Assembly: GCA_046063225.1 (NCBI GenBank)
Contig: JBJTLW010000161.1
Span: 26,809-90,808 of the forward strand
Direction of reading: 5' to 3'
Length of the DNA stretch: 64,000 bases
Origin: Novosphingobium sp.
Lineage (GTDB): Bacteria; Pseudomonadota; Alphaproteobacteria; Sphingomonadales; Sphingomonadaceae
The notes beneath the pieces are model-generated. The model was not told the DNA's origin and ran no database searches. It saw only the letters and a list, made by a program, of their open reading frames with translations. Both the position numbers and the translations under genes were made by a program. Within the stretch, counting starts at the first letter, position 1; every line of letters starts with the position of its first letter. Below, in pieces: positions 36,715 through 44,768 of the stretch.

Positions 36715-38415
36715 CTATTTCAGGTAAATGTCTGACGGCCGCTCGAACACCGGTGTTGGCGCAACTTGGCAAGAGAAGCTTGTCGCCTCGGAAGCAGAGC
36801 CCGTGCCAACATATCTGGCTGCCAACGGATAGGGGCAGAGCGGTCGCTGTGCGACAGGCTTGTCCGGATTGGTCGCGCTGTACTTTGCTGCCATTATCGA
36901 ATCCGGTGCCTTTCCAGCGTCCACCCAGGCTTCAAGGGCGGACAGCATGTCATGGCTGGCAGGTCCACCGTTTCTCTGAAACGATTCAATCGACGCCATT
37001 TGCCCAAAACTGTCCGGACCTGCGCCTGCACCGCAATGGTCGACGCCGGGGGCCAAGAACAGTCGCAGGAAGTCACCTTTGTCGGTCCCTGATGCAAAGG
37101 CGCGGTCGTAGTAGATGATGCTATCGTATGGGCTGACCAGATAGTCCTCCCACCCGTGCCACATTATCAATTTGCCGCCTCGGGCAGCAAAGCGGGTTAG
37201 GTTAGGATTGTTGGCGTTTATGTCTGCTGCAAGCGCCTGATCGACCCGGTCAACGTCCCTGTCAAAATCGAATGTCGCGGGGTTCCATGTGGGCGGGAAG
37301 GCCCAGCGAGCGATTTCGGCCGGCACACCGCGCGGCTTGAAGCCAGCCATCAACGATGCATAGCGGACCATGCTTTGCTCTGCGCCAATATTGATCCGGG
37401 GATAGATCACTGCACCAGTGCGCGGGTTGCGGGTCGCCGCATAGATCGTTTCCAGCTGGGCAAGCTCGCGCTCGGGGATGCAGCTCGCGCTGGTATCCCC
37501 GGCCTTGCAGACCAGCTCACGCGGGCTCGCCTTGCACAGCGATGGATCGGTCAGGAACAGGTCTCCCGGTGCGCCGCCATCCTTGCCCACGCACTTCGCC
37601 CGCCAGTGGTCGGTCCAGAGCGTTAGCGACTTGAGCGAAGGAAGGACGAAGCCAGGCCGGTTCATCACCATCGCCTGCATAAGGAACATGGTGTGCAGGT
37701 GGGTGCGGTTATGGCCTGGCGCTCCTGCGATAATCCCGTCGTAATCGTCCGGAAAGCGCTGTGCCTCGGTCAAGGCCTGGTGACCACCGGTCGAGCAACC
37801 TGCAAAGAGCGAAGACTTGGCCTTTGCGCCATAGAAGCGCGCGATGACGGCCTTGGCCAGAAGCGTCATTTCATGCGTTGCGCGGTATCCCCAGTCACGC
37901 ACGGCAGCGCGCCTGCCGTTGCCGGCTGCATATCCGATCTGGCCGCTTCCGCCCTGCTGCCCTGCCGGGAAAGTGCCCATGTCGGTATTGGCGACTGCAA
38001 AGCCGCGCCGCAGCCCTCCGGCGAGGGCTCCGACACTTATCGATCCGGCAAATCCGCCGTTGCCGGTGCCCAGAAACTTGCCGTTCCAACGCGCGCGGTC
38101 GGGAAGCCAGACCTCGATCAGGATATTCGAACGCGGTTCGGTAGAGGCTACCGCAACCACGCGGCAATAGCCGCCAAGGTCCTTGAAGCTGGCCCCGTTT
38201 GGGTCACGGGCGCTGCCATCCGCGACATGAGCCGCTGAGACAATGACAGCATTTCCGATCCGTTGACCGTTGCCGAGTGCATTGCAATTCGCGTCATCGT
38301 CGGTCGACGCGGCCAGCGCAGTGCATGGAAGGGTCAGAGCAACTGCTGCCAGCGGAGCAGAACGCGACCCGCGCCGGAGCCGAGTACGGATCTCGCGGTT
38401 TGACGAACCTCTCAT
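36715..38415 (-). CDS. Tannase/feruloyl esterase family hydrolase (secreted)
   Basis: GNGG, GCSTGG nucleophile, HGWED, GVDHC, RPLCPYP. Confidence 0.93.
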   Translation of the reverse strand: MRGSSNREIRTRLRRGSRSAPLAAVALTLPCTALAASTDDDANCNALGNGQRIGNAVIVSAAHVADGSARDPNGASFKDLGGYCRVVAVASTEPRSNILIEVWLPDRARWNGKFLGTGNGGFAGSISVGALAGGLRRGFAVANTDMGTFPAGQQGGSGQIGYAAGNGRRAAVRDWGYRATHEMTLLAKAVIARFYGAKAKSSLFAGCSTGGHQALTEAQRFPDDYDGIIAGAPGHNRTHLHTMFLMQAMVMNRPGFVLPSLKSLTLWTDHWRAKCVGKDGGAPGDLFLTDPSLCKASPRELVCKAGDTSASCIPERELAQLETIYAATRNPRTGAVIYPRINIGAEQSMVRYASLMAGFKPRGVPAEIARWAFPPTWNPATFDFDRDVDRVDQALAADINANNPNLTRFAARGGKLIMWHGWEDYLVSPYDSIIYYDRAFASGTDKGDFLRLFLAPGVDHCGAGAGPDSFGQMASIESFQRNGGPASHDMLSALEAWVDAGKAPDSIMAAKYSATNPDKPVAQRPLCPYPLAARYVGTGSASEATSFSCQVAPTPVFERPSDIYLK

Positions 38416-38446
38416 AAGTCTCTCCAGATTGGCTGCGCGTGTGTTG

Positions 38447-39361
38447 TTACTTGGCCGTGTTCAGCAGGCCTCTGGTCTGTAGCCAAAGCAGGAACTGGTC
38501 CATTACCAGCGTCGTGGTCGTGCCTTTCCGGCCGATGCCGAACCCGTGACCGCCTTTTTCATAGGCATGTAGTTCGACTGGTAACCTTGCCTTCTGCCAG
38601 GATTCGACAAGCCCGAATCCCTGGTGGCCGAACGGAAAGTCGTCGAGCGCAACGCCGACAAACATCGGACCGGCCTCCTTCGGCGGCGTCACGGCGTTCA
38701 TGAAAGCATAGAAATAGCCGATGAAATCGGGCCGTGCGGCTGGATCGTTGGCCAATACCGTGTCGAGTGTCGTGATCGCACCCGCCGAGTAGCCCATCAT
38801 GCCGATGCGTTTGGGGTCGATCTTCCAACGTGCGGCATTTCCGCGCACCATCCTCAGTGCCTGCTGGGCATCAGAAAGGCCGTTGGCGCGCCCGTCAACT
38901 GTATCGTGGACAAAGATCATATCCGCAGAACTGCGGAACCGGGCCTCGTCATCGGGTGTCGCATTCACGCGGTACTTCAGGACGAAAGCGGCCACCCCGT
39001 GTGCGGCAAGCCAGCGGGCCGGGGCAAGGCCTTCACCTTCCATCCACAAGGCGTTGTGCCCGCCGCCGGGCAGGATGATGACTGCTGCACCCGTTGCCTT
39101 GCTGCGGCTCGGGAGGAACGGCGTGATCGTTGGGCGCGTGACATTGCGAACGATCACGTTTCCGTCAGGAAGGCGCCCCCATCGCTCCACCTGACGCGCC
39201 GTTTCGGAACCCGGCGCGACCCCCGGATAGATCGGGATTGCGTTTGGTTCGGCCGGCGGCTGCAAGCGAACCAGTGCAAACGGCGGCGGCGCAGCAATCG
39301 CGGCCGGTGCGCCTTGCACCAACAGGCAGGCGATTGCGGTGATCTTGCGGAATGTATTCAC
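38447..39361 (-). CDS. Secreted alpha/beta hydrolase
   Basis: GTG start in a GTGA overlap, signal peptide, PGGG, GYSAG, GGHGFG. Confidence 0.88.
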   Translation of the reverse strand: MNTFRKITAIACLLVQGAPAAIAAPPPFALVRLQPPAEPNAIPIYPGVAPGSETARQVERWGRLPDGNVIVRNVTRPTITPFLPSRSKATGAAVIILPGGGHNALWMEGEGLAPARWLAAHGVAAFVLKYRVNATPDDEARFRSSADMIFVHDTVDGRANGLSDAQQALRMVRGNAARWKIDPKRIGMMGYSAGAITTLDTVLANDPAARPDFIGYFYAFMNAVTPPKEAGPMFVGVALDDFPFGHQGFGLVESWQKARLPVELHAYEKGGHGFGIGRKGTTTTLVMDQFLLWLQTRGLLNTAK

Positions 39362-41430
39362 TTGGCAGCTCCGTCGGTCTTTTTGCGCAGGATCGCGCTC
39401 GCCTCTGCATCCCTGATGATCTTTTCGCCGTCCTCCGGAAGAAGCCATCCCTCCGCCTGCACTTCGGAAACCGCCTTTCGCACATGAGCAACGAAACCAG
39501 CGTGGTCACCGTATCGTTCTTCAAGGGACAGACGCGGATCGCCCTTGGCCAAACGCTCGGCCTGTGTCCGGGCGAAAGGGATGAAGCCGGCTTCAAAGCC
39601 GCAGCCCTTGCCAGCATCGATGCCCCGTCCATCAACATTCCAGCCAGTGTATGTGCCAAGCGGCACCCGCAGATGGACAGAGCGAACGCCAGCCACTTCA
39701 TTGCCGTCGGCATTGACCTTGGGAACCAAGATGGGAATGGCTCGCCCGAGCGCAGGCGGTTGCCGGTCAAGGATGCCGCTAAGGTCATTTCGGTGAAGAC
39801 CGTGCCCAAAGTCCTGCGCCAGCAAGCCATTGACCTTGCCATCGGGGCTTGGTGCGTCGGGAATGGCCGGCCAGCCCATTTGCGCCGGGTTTGCGAGCAC
39901 CAGTTCATCCTTGGCGAGCATGGGATAACGGCTCTCTGGCGGCTCCTTGCCGAAGCGGACCCAATCGACAAGTGCGCGCTGCGCGACCTTCAGCTGGTAG
40001 CGTGACGGGTTGGGATTGCCGCGCAGCTTGCAGGTGCCGAACAGCATCTCGCCCTCTGGCTGAAAGCCGTTGCCGTTGCTTCCGCCGTGCGATGTGCTGG
40101 GAAAGTAATAGCGTCGAACATCCGGGGGAAGCGCGATGTCCATTCGTGCATCGGTTCCGACAAAGCCAGGCGAAAGCCGCAGGCCCCAAAATTCGGCTGA
40201 ACCAAGCGTCTCGACCAGCTTGGGGCAGGTCCTGGTTCGCGAGCAGCGGTCAAGCAGGCTCGAGCGCCCTTGTCTCCGCGCCTTGTCGTCGTAGGAGCCC
40301 CACCACAGTGTTCCTTCGCTGCCAGGCTCATAGGGACCAGCGGCACCGCCGGGAACGCCAAACCGGATATTGAGCGGGATCTGCCGAGCCGCGATATTGG
40401 CATTGATGCCGTCGAACACGCGGGCACCATTCTCATCCGCATTGAAGCCCAGATTGACAAAGCTCTTGAGGAAGTTTCCGGATTGCGATGTCCCGGTAGC
40501 AATCGTCCACCGGACGCCGTCACCGGCGGGGTTGGGCGTGCCTGCACTGTCGGGCTTGCCGCTGCGCAAGAAAGAAACGAGATCCCTCGTCGCGGCAAAG
40601 CCTATTCCCAGGACCAGCGGGTTTTTCCCCTGATAGACAAGCGTATAGGCAGCATCGGGATCGAAGCCATCGCGCAGACAAAGCTGCTTGGAGTCGGGAA
40701 TGCCGGGAAACGGCTTTGCCTTGCAGTCGGCAAAGGCGAAGGCATCGGAAGCAATCGGCGTTTTCTTGCCTGAGCGGTCTTCACGCCACAGACGTGCAAG
40801 GCGCGGATCGGTGCTGACCGGTTCCGGGATGATGACCGGAGTGCCGATGCCGCGGCTGAGAGCGACGCTGCGATCGGTTGCACTGCGTTTGGAGAAACGG
40901 ATGAGGATCGGACCTGTGATGTCCTTGCCGCCTGGCCCCTTTGCGACTGGCACCGTGATCGTTTGAAGCCCCGACGTATCGAGGTTGATCTTCATCTCGT
41001 TCAGCATCTTGCGGAATGTTGCCGGGTCAAGATCGCCTTGCCAGCCGCTTATGACGCGGACATGACCTTCCGGATCGGCACTGACAGAACCATTGCCACG
41101 GTTCGGAACATCGTAGAGCAACACCCCGCTCGCCTTGAGGCGATCGACAGGACGGGCAATGCGGAACGTAGCCCGATATTCGACTTTCCCAGCAGCATTT
41201 CGCTGCGCCCGGGAAATGTCGGTGATGATCCGGTTCGAACGATCCTTCGGGTCGATCTCCCCATCGAATGTGCCGATCACTATCTCGTAGGCAGGGGCCC
41301 CGTCGACCGGCTTGGTCGGCTCGATCCGCTCGATATTGATGCGGGTAACGCCAGCCTGACCCATGGTGGAAGCCGTGATCAAAAGGCCTGAGGCAATCAT
41401 GCGCAACTGGGTGCGCGAAAACCTTGTCAT
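39358..41430 (-). CDS. Secreted large alpha/beta hydrolase-domain protein
   Basis: YDVPNRG, GWQGD, GFAATRD, GTSQSG, VPLGTYTGWN, DPRLSLEERY. Confidence 0.85.
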   Translation of the reverse strand: MTRFSRTQLRMIASGLLITASTMGQAGVTRINIERIEPTKPVDGAPAYEIVIGTFDGEIDPKDRSNRIITDISRAQRNAAGKVEYRATFRIARPVDRLKASGVLLYDVPNRGNGSVSADPEGHVRVISGWQGDLDPATFRKMLNEMKINLDTSGLQTITVPVAKGPGGKDITGPILIRFSKRSATDRSVALSRGIGTPVIIPEPVSTDPRLARLWREDRSGKKTPIASDAFAFADCKAKPFPGIPDSKQLCLRDGFDPDAAYTLVYQGKNPLVLGIGFAATRDLVSFLRSGKPDSAGTPNPAGDGVRWTIATGTSQSGNFLKSFVNLGFNADENGARVFDGINANIAARQIPLNIRFGVPGGAAGPYEPGSEGTLWWGSYDDKARRQGRSSLLDRCSRTRTCPKLVETLGSAEFWGLRLSPGFVGTDARMDIALPPDVRRYYFPSTSHGGSNGNGFQPEGEMLFGTCKLRGNPNPSRYQLKVAQRALVDWVRFGKEPPESRYPMLAKDELVLANPAQMGWPAIPDAPSPDGKVNGLLAQDFGHGLHRNDLSGILDRQPPALGRAIPILVPKVNADGNEVAGVRSVHLRVPLGTYTGWNVDGRGIDAGKGCGFEAGFIPFARTQAERLAKGDPRLSLEERYGDHAGFVAHVRKAVSEVQAEGWLLPEDGEKIIRDAEASAILRKKTDGAAK

Positions 41431-41859
41431 GTGCTGTCCTGTCCCGCTGATTGGCATCGTGCCGTACGCCTCAGGCTTCGCGTAGATGCTTTTGTAGCCC
41501 CGCTTACCAACTGGCAGATAGATTGATCAAATAGAACAAACCTATCGATCTATTCGCGCTGCGCATCAGTGGCCATTTAGCCAATCTAGGAAGCCAGGGT
41601 GAAGTGAAGGGACTTTGGCAGCATGGCAGGTTTCGGACAGTTGAGCTCCGAAGCTGCCATTCCGGATCGTCCAACAAAGCCGACATTGAACCAAATTGAG
41701 GAAGGTACTGTTGCGCTAGACAGCAGAGAAAATCAGATGCCGACGCCAGAGGATGGCCTATTCTTGGCCGCTGTGCGGTACCTTTCGGCTCTATTCTGGC
41801 CGCGAAACTCCGGTTCTCCGGCAATGTTCACGCATTTCATTGCATAGAACGAGACTAGG

Positions 41860-41897
41860 TGGCGGAACTTGATGCAATCGAACCATCGATATGCTTT
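41860..41897 (-). repeat. Degenerate copy of the tRNA-Ser 3' end (att-like)
   Basis: 30/38 identity with 42065-42102 by hand alignment. Confidence 0.65.
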
Positions 41898-42064
41898 GGG
41901 CTAAGCGTCGGAAATATGGGCTGAAATCTAGCTGGCCGCGCTTAGGCCTTTTGGCCCACCTAAGATCATCGCAAAATGACAGCCAGCCGCACCCGAAAAG
42001 GGCTGAAATTCGGCCGGCATTCCCTTAGTCTGCATCATGTAAGTAGTTGAAAAACAAGACTTTT

Positions 42065-42155
42065 TGGCGGAGCGGGAGGGATTCGAACCCTCGATACGCT
42101 TTTGACGTATACTCACTTTCCAGGCGAGCGCCTTCGACCACTCGGCCACCGCTCC
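42065..42155 (-). tRNA. tRNA-Ser(GGA)
   Basis: GGAGCGG/CCGCTCC acceptor stem, anticodon loop CTGGAAA, long variable arm, GGTTCGAATCC, encoded CCA. Confidence 0.97.
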
Positions 42156-42241
42156 GCATGCACTGGAAGTGCGCGCCCTAGCTTCATGGGGCGCGATAGG
42201 CAAGCGTTGCGCGCAGGGCTTTGCATCCTATCTTGACCGGC

Positions 42242-42652
42242 ATGACACGAACCTTCGGCCAGCCGCCCAGCCTTGACGAGATCGACACCATGGCCCGCGC
42301 CGCGCTGGCGCGTCTGCCCGACGCCTTTCTGCGCCACCTTGATGGCGTGCGCATCCTCGTCGAGGACTTCGCCGACGAGGCCACCCTGCGCGCTGCCGGC
42401 ATTGCCGATCCCTTTGACCTGACCGGCATTTACGAAGGCGTACCGGTGGGCGAGAAGCACCTGGCCCTGTCCGGCGTAATGCCCGACCGCATCCGCCTGT
42501 TCCGATCCCCCATCCTTGACGAATGGGTCGCCCGCGGGACCGAGGAACTGGAGCATCTGGTGGCCCATGTCCTGATCCATGAAATCGGCCACCATTTCGG
42601 CCTGTCCGATGCCGACATGGCGGCGCTGGAGGTTTCGGCTGAAACGAGTTAG
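42242..42652 (+). CDS. Zincin-like metallopeptidase (DUF1025/Zincin_1)
   Basis: LTGIYEG, PDRIRLFR, HEIGHHFGLSD. Confidence 0.9.
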   Translation: MTRTFGQPPSLDEIDTMARAALARLPDAFLRHLDGVRILVEDFADEATLRAAGIADPFDLTGIYEGVPVGEKHLALSGVMPDRIRLFRSPILDEWVARGTEELEHLVAHVLIHEIGHHFGLSDADMAALEVSAETS

Positions 42653-42722
42653 TTGAGGAAGTGCATGCGCGGCCATGCACTTGTGAACAAACGACACCGG
42701 CAATTTCAAAGAGCGCGAGGGG

Positions 42723-43787
42723 ATGATGACAGGTTTTCGGTGTGTAGGAAAATCGGCGGCCCTCGCGCTGGCAATGCTCGCCGCGCCGGTCACCGCGCAG
42801 GACAAGCCCGCCGCCGCGCTCGCCCCATCGGAAATCGTCGCCGCTGCACCCAGGACGGATTGGACCGCGATCGCCCCGTCCGACCTGCTGGTGATGGACC
42901 TAGCCCCGGACGCCAAGGGCAAGGCCCGCCGCATCGTGATCCAGCTGATGCCCGCGCCGTTTTCGCAAGGGTGGATCGGCAACATCCGCAAGCTGGCGGC
43001 GGCACATTTCTGGGACGGGCTCTCCGTCAACCGGGTGCAGGACAATTACGTCGTGCAGTGGGGCGATGCCGATGGCGAGGACAAGGCCAAGGCGCGCAAG
43101 CTGCCGGATGGTTTGATGACCATGCCGGAGAGTGCATACCTGACGCCGAATTACGTCGCGGCAAGAGGGGGCGTCGCCAAGACCATACCGCCGGTCGTCA
43201 TGTCCAATTTCTCGGACCTCTACGTGAATCCTGAAGGGCCGAACGTGTTGCAGAGCGGGGGCTGGTCGGGCTTTTCGATGGGCTGGCCCGTTGCCGTTCT
43301 TCCAATGAATCCGCGCTCAGGCAAGGAAGACAGCTACACCGATGTCACCGGACGGCAGGTCGGCACGATGTGGCCCGTCCACTGCTACGGCATGGTCGGT
43401 GTCGGGCGGAACATGTCGCCCGACACAGGCAGCGGCGCGGAGCTTTACACCGTTATCGGCCACGCCCCGCGCCACCTCGATCGCAACATCGCGCTGGTCG
43501 GCCGGGTGGTCGAGGGGATCGAGCACCTCTCCAGCCTGCCGCGCGGCACCGAGGCGCTGGGCGTTTACAAGACGCCTGAGGAACGCACGCCAATCCAGTC
43601 GGTGCGCATCGGCACAGAGGTTTCCGGTCTGCCCGCCTACGAATACCTTTCCACCGAAAGCGAAAGCTTCGCCCGTTATGCCGATGCCCGCGCCAATCGG
43701 CGGGACGCCTTTTTCATCCGCCCCGCCGGCGGCGCGGACGTGTGCAACATTCCGGTCCCGGTCCGTCGCTCGGCAGGCGCACGATGA
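42723..43787 (+). CDS. Secreted cyclophilin-type peptidylprolyl isomerase
   Basis: Signal peptide, RVQDNYVVQWGD, PRHLDRNIALVGRVVEG. Confidence 0.85.
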   Translation: MMTGFRCVGKSAALALAMLAAPVTAQDKPAAALAPSEIVAAAPRTDWTAIAPSDLLVMDLAPDAKGKARRIVIQLMPAPFSQGWIGNIRKLAAAHFWDGLSVNRVQDNYVVQWGDADGEDKAKARKLPDGLMTMPESAYLTPNYVAARGGVAKTIPPVVMSNFSDLYVNPEGPNVLQSGGWSGFSMGWPVAVLPMNPRSGKEDSYTDVTGRQVGTMWPVHCYGMVGVGRNMSPDTGSGAELYTVIGHAPRHLDRNIALVGRVVEGIEHLSSLPRGTEALGVYKTPEERTPIQSVRIGTEVSGLPAYEYLSTESESFARYADARANRRDAFFIRPAGGADVCNIPVPVRRSAGAR

Positions 43788-43797
43788 GCGGGGAAAC

Positions 43798-44109
43798 GTG
43801 AGCGAGAGCATCACCCACTCCGGAACCCTGTGGCGCTGGACGGGTGGCAACGGCGGCGCCTGGCACTTCATCTCCATCGATGGCGAGGCGGGCGAGGCAC
43901 TGTCCGCCACGGCGCTGATGCGCCGGCTGGAAGGCCTGAGCCGCGGCTTCGGATCGCTGAAGGTGCGCGCCACCATCGGCGACAGCACCTTTGCTACCTC
44001 GGTCTTCCCGTCCAGCAGCGAAGGCTGGATGCTGCCGGTGAAGGCGGCGGTGCGCAAGGCCGAAGGGCTAGGCGAGGGGGATGCGGTGGAGGTGGTGCTG
44101 GAACTGTGA
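43798..44109 (+). CDS. DUF1905 domain protein
   Basis: GAWHF, GFGSLKVRATIG, TSVFP, LPVKAAVRKAEG; GTG start. Confidence 0.85.
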   Translation: MSESITHSGTLWRWTGGNGGAWHFISIDGEAGEALSATALMRRLEGLSRGFGSLKVRATIGDSTFATSVFPSSSEGWMLPVKAAVRKAEGLGEGDAVEVVLEL

Positions 44110-44114
44110 GGATC

Positions 44115-44259
44115 GGTTGCCCCTCCGTCACGCCCTTGCGGGCGCGCCACCTCCCCATTTGTCCTTCGGAAAAATGGGGAGGAACTGGAAAGACCCTTCC
44201 CAAATTTGCGCAGCACATTTGGGGAGGTGGCATCCGCTGCAGGCGGATGACGGAGGGGT
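44115..44259. repeat. Nested-palindromic repeat, copy 1
   Basis: Outer IR CCCCTCCGTCA/TGACGGAGGGG, inner IR GCCACCTCCCCA/TGGGGAGGTGGC, four sub-hairpins. Confidence 0.9.
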
Positions 44260-44265
44260 AAAAAA

Positions 44266-44619
44266 ATGCCACGCCCAAAAATGCGCGGAAACCTCACCAA
44301 AGCAAAACACCTCCGCGCCAGCCAGACCCTGCCCGAAGCCTTGCTATGGCGGCTGCTGAAAGGATCGCCGGGCGGCGTGCATTTCCGCCGCCAGCATGCG
44401 GTTGGCCCCTATGTGCTCGATTTCTACTGCGCCCGGGCGAAAATCGGCATCGAAGTGGACGGCATCGCGCATGACATGGGGAATCGCCCCGAACGCGATG
44501 CAGCGCGCGATGCCTGGCTGGATGCGCACGGGATCACCATCCTGCGGATTGCCGCCAGTGACGTACTGCAATCGCCAGAGGATATTGCCGAGGGCATCTT
44601 GCGGTCTTGCGGGGGGTGA
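44266..44619 (+). CDS. DUF559 (Vsr-like) endonuclease-domain protein
   Basis: LR..QT.PEALLW, FRRQHAVGPYVLDFYC, IEVDG..H, RDAARDAWL. Confidence 0.92.
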   Translation: MPRPKMRGNLTKAKHLRASQTLPEALLWRLLKGSPGGVHFRRQHAVGPYVLDFYCARAKIGIEVDGIAHDMGNRPERDAARDAWLDAHGITILRIAASDVLQSPEDIAEGILRSCGG

Positions 44620-44620
44620 T

Positions 44621-44761
44621 GGTTGCCCCTCCGTCACGCCCTTGCGGGCGCGCCACCTCCCCATTTGTCCTTTGGAAAAATGGGGAGGAACTTGATAGTC
44701 CCTTCCCAAATTTGCGCAGCACATTTGGGGAGGTGGCAGCGCGAAGCGCTGACGGAGGGGT
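44621..44761. repeat. Nested-palindromic repeat, copy 2 (direct repeat of copy 1)
   Basis: Near-identical to 44115-44259; the last hairpin differs in sequence but still pairs. Confidence 0.9.
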
Positions 44762-44768
44762 TCTCCCC

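Noticed and set aside
41504-42203. Small ORFs around the tRNA
   Set aside because: They overlap the tRNA or att-like DNA and have no RBS or domain support
44115-44761. Possible CRISPR array
   Set aside because: Only two ~140-bp units separated by a coding gene; no cas genes
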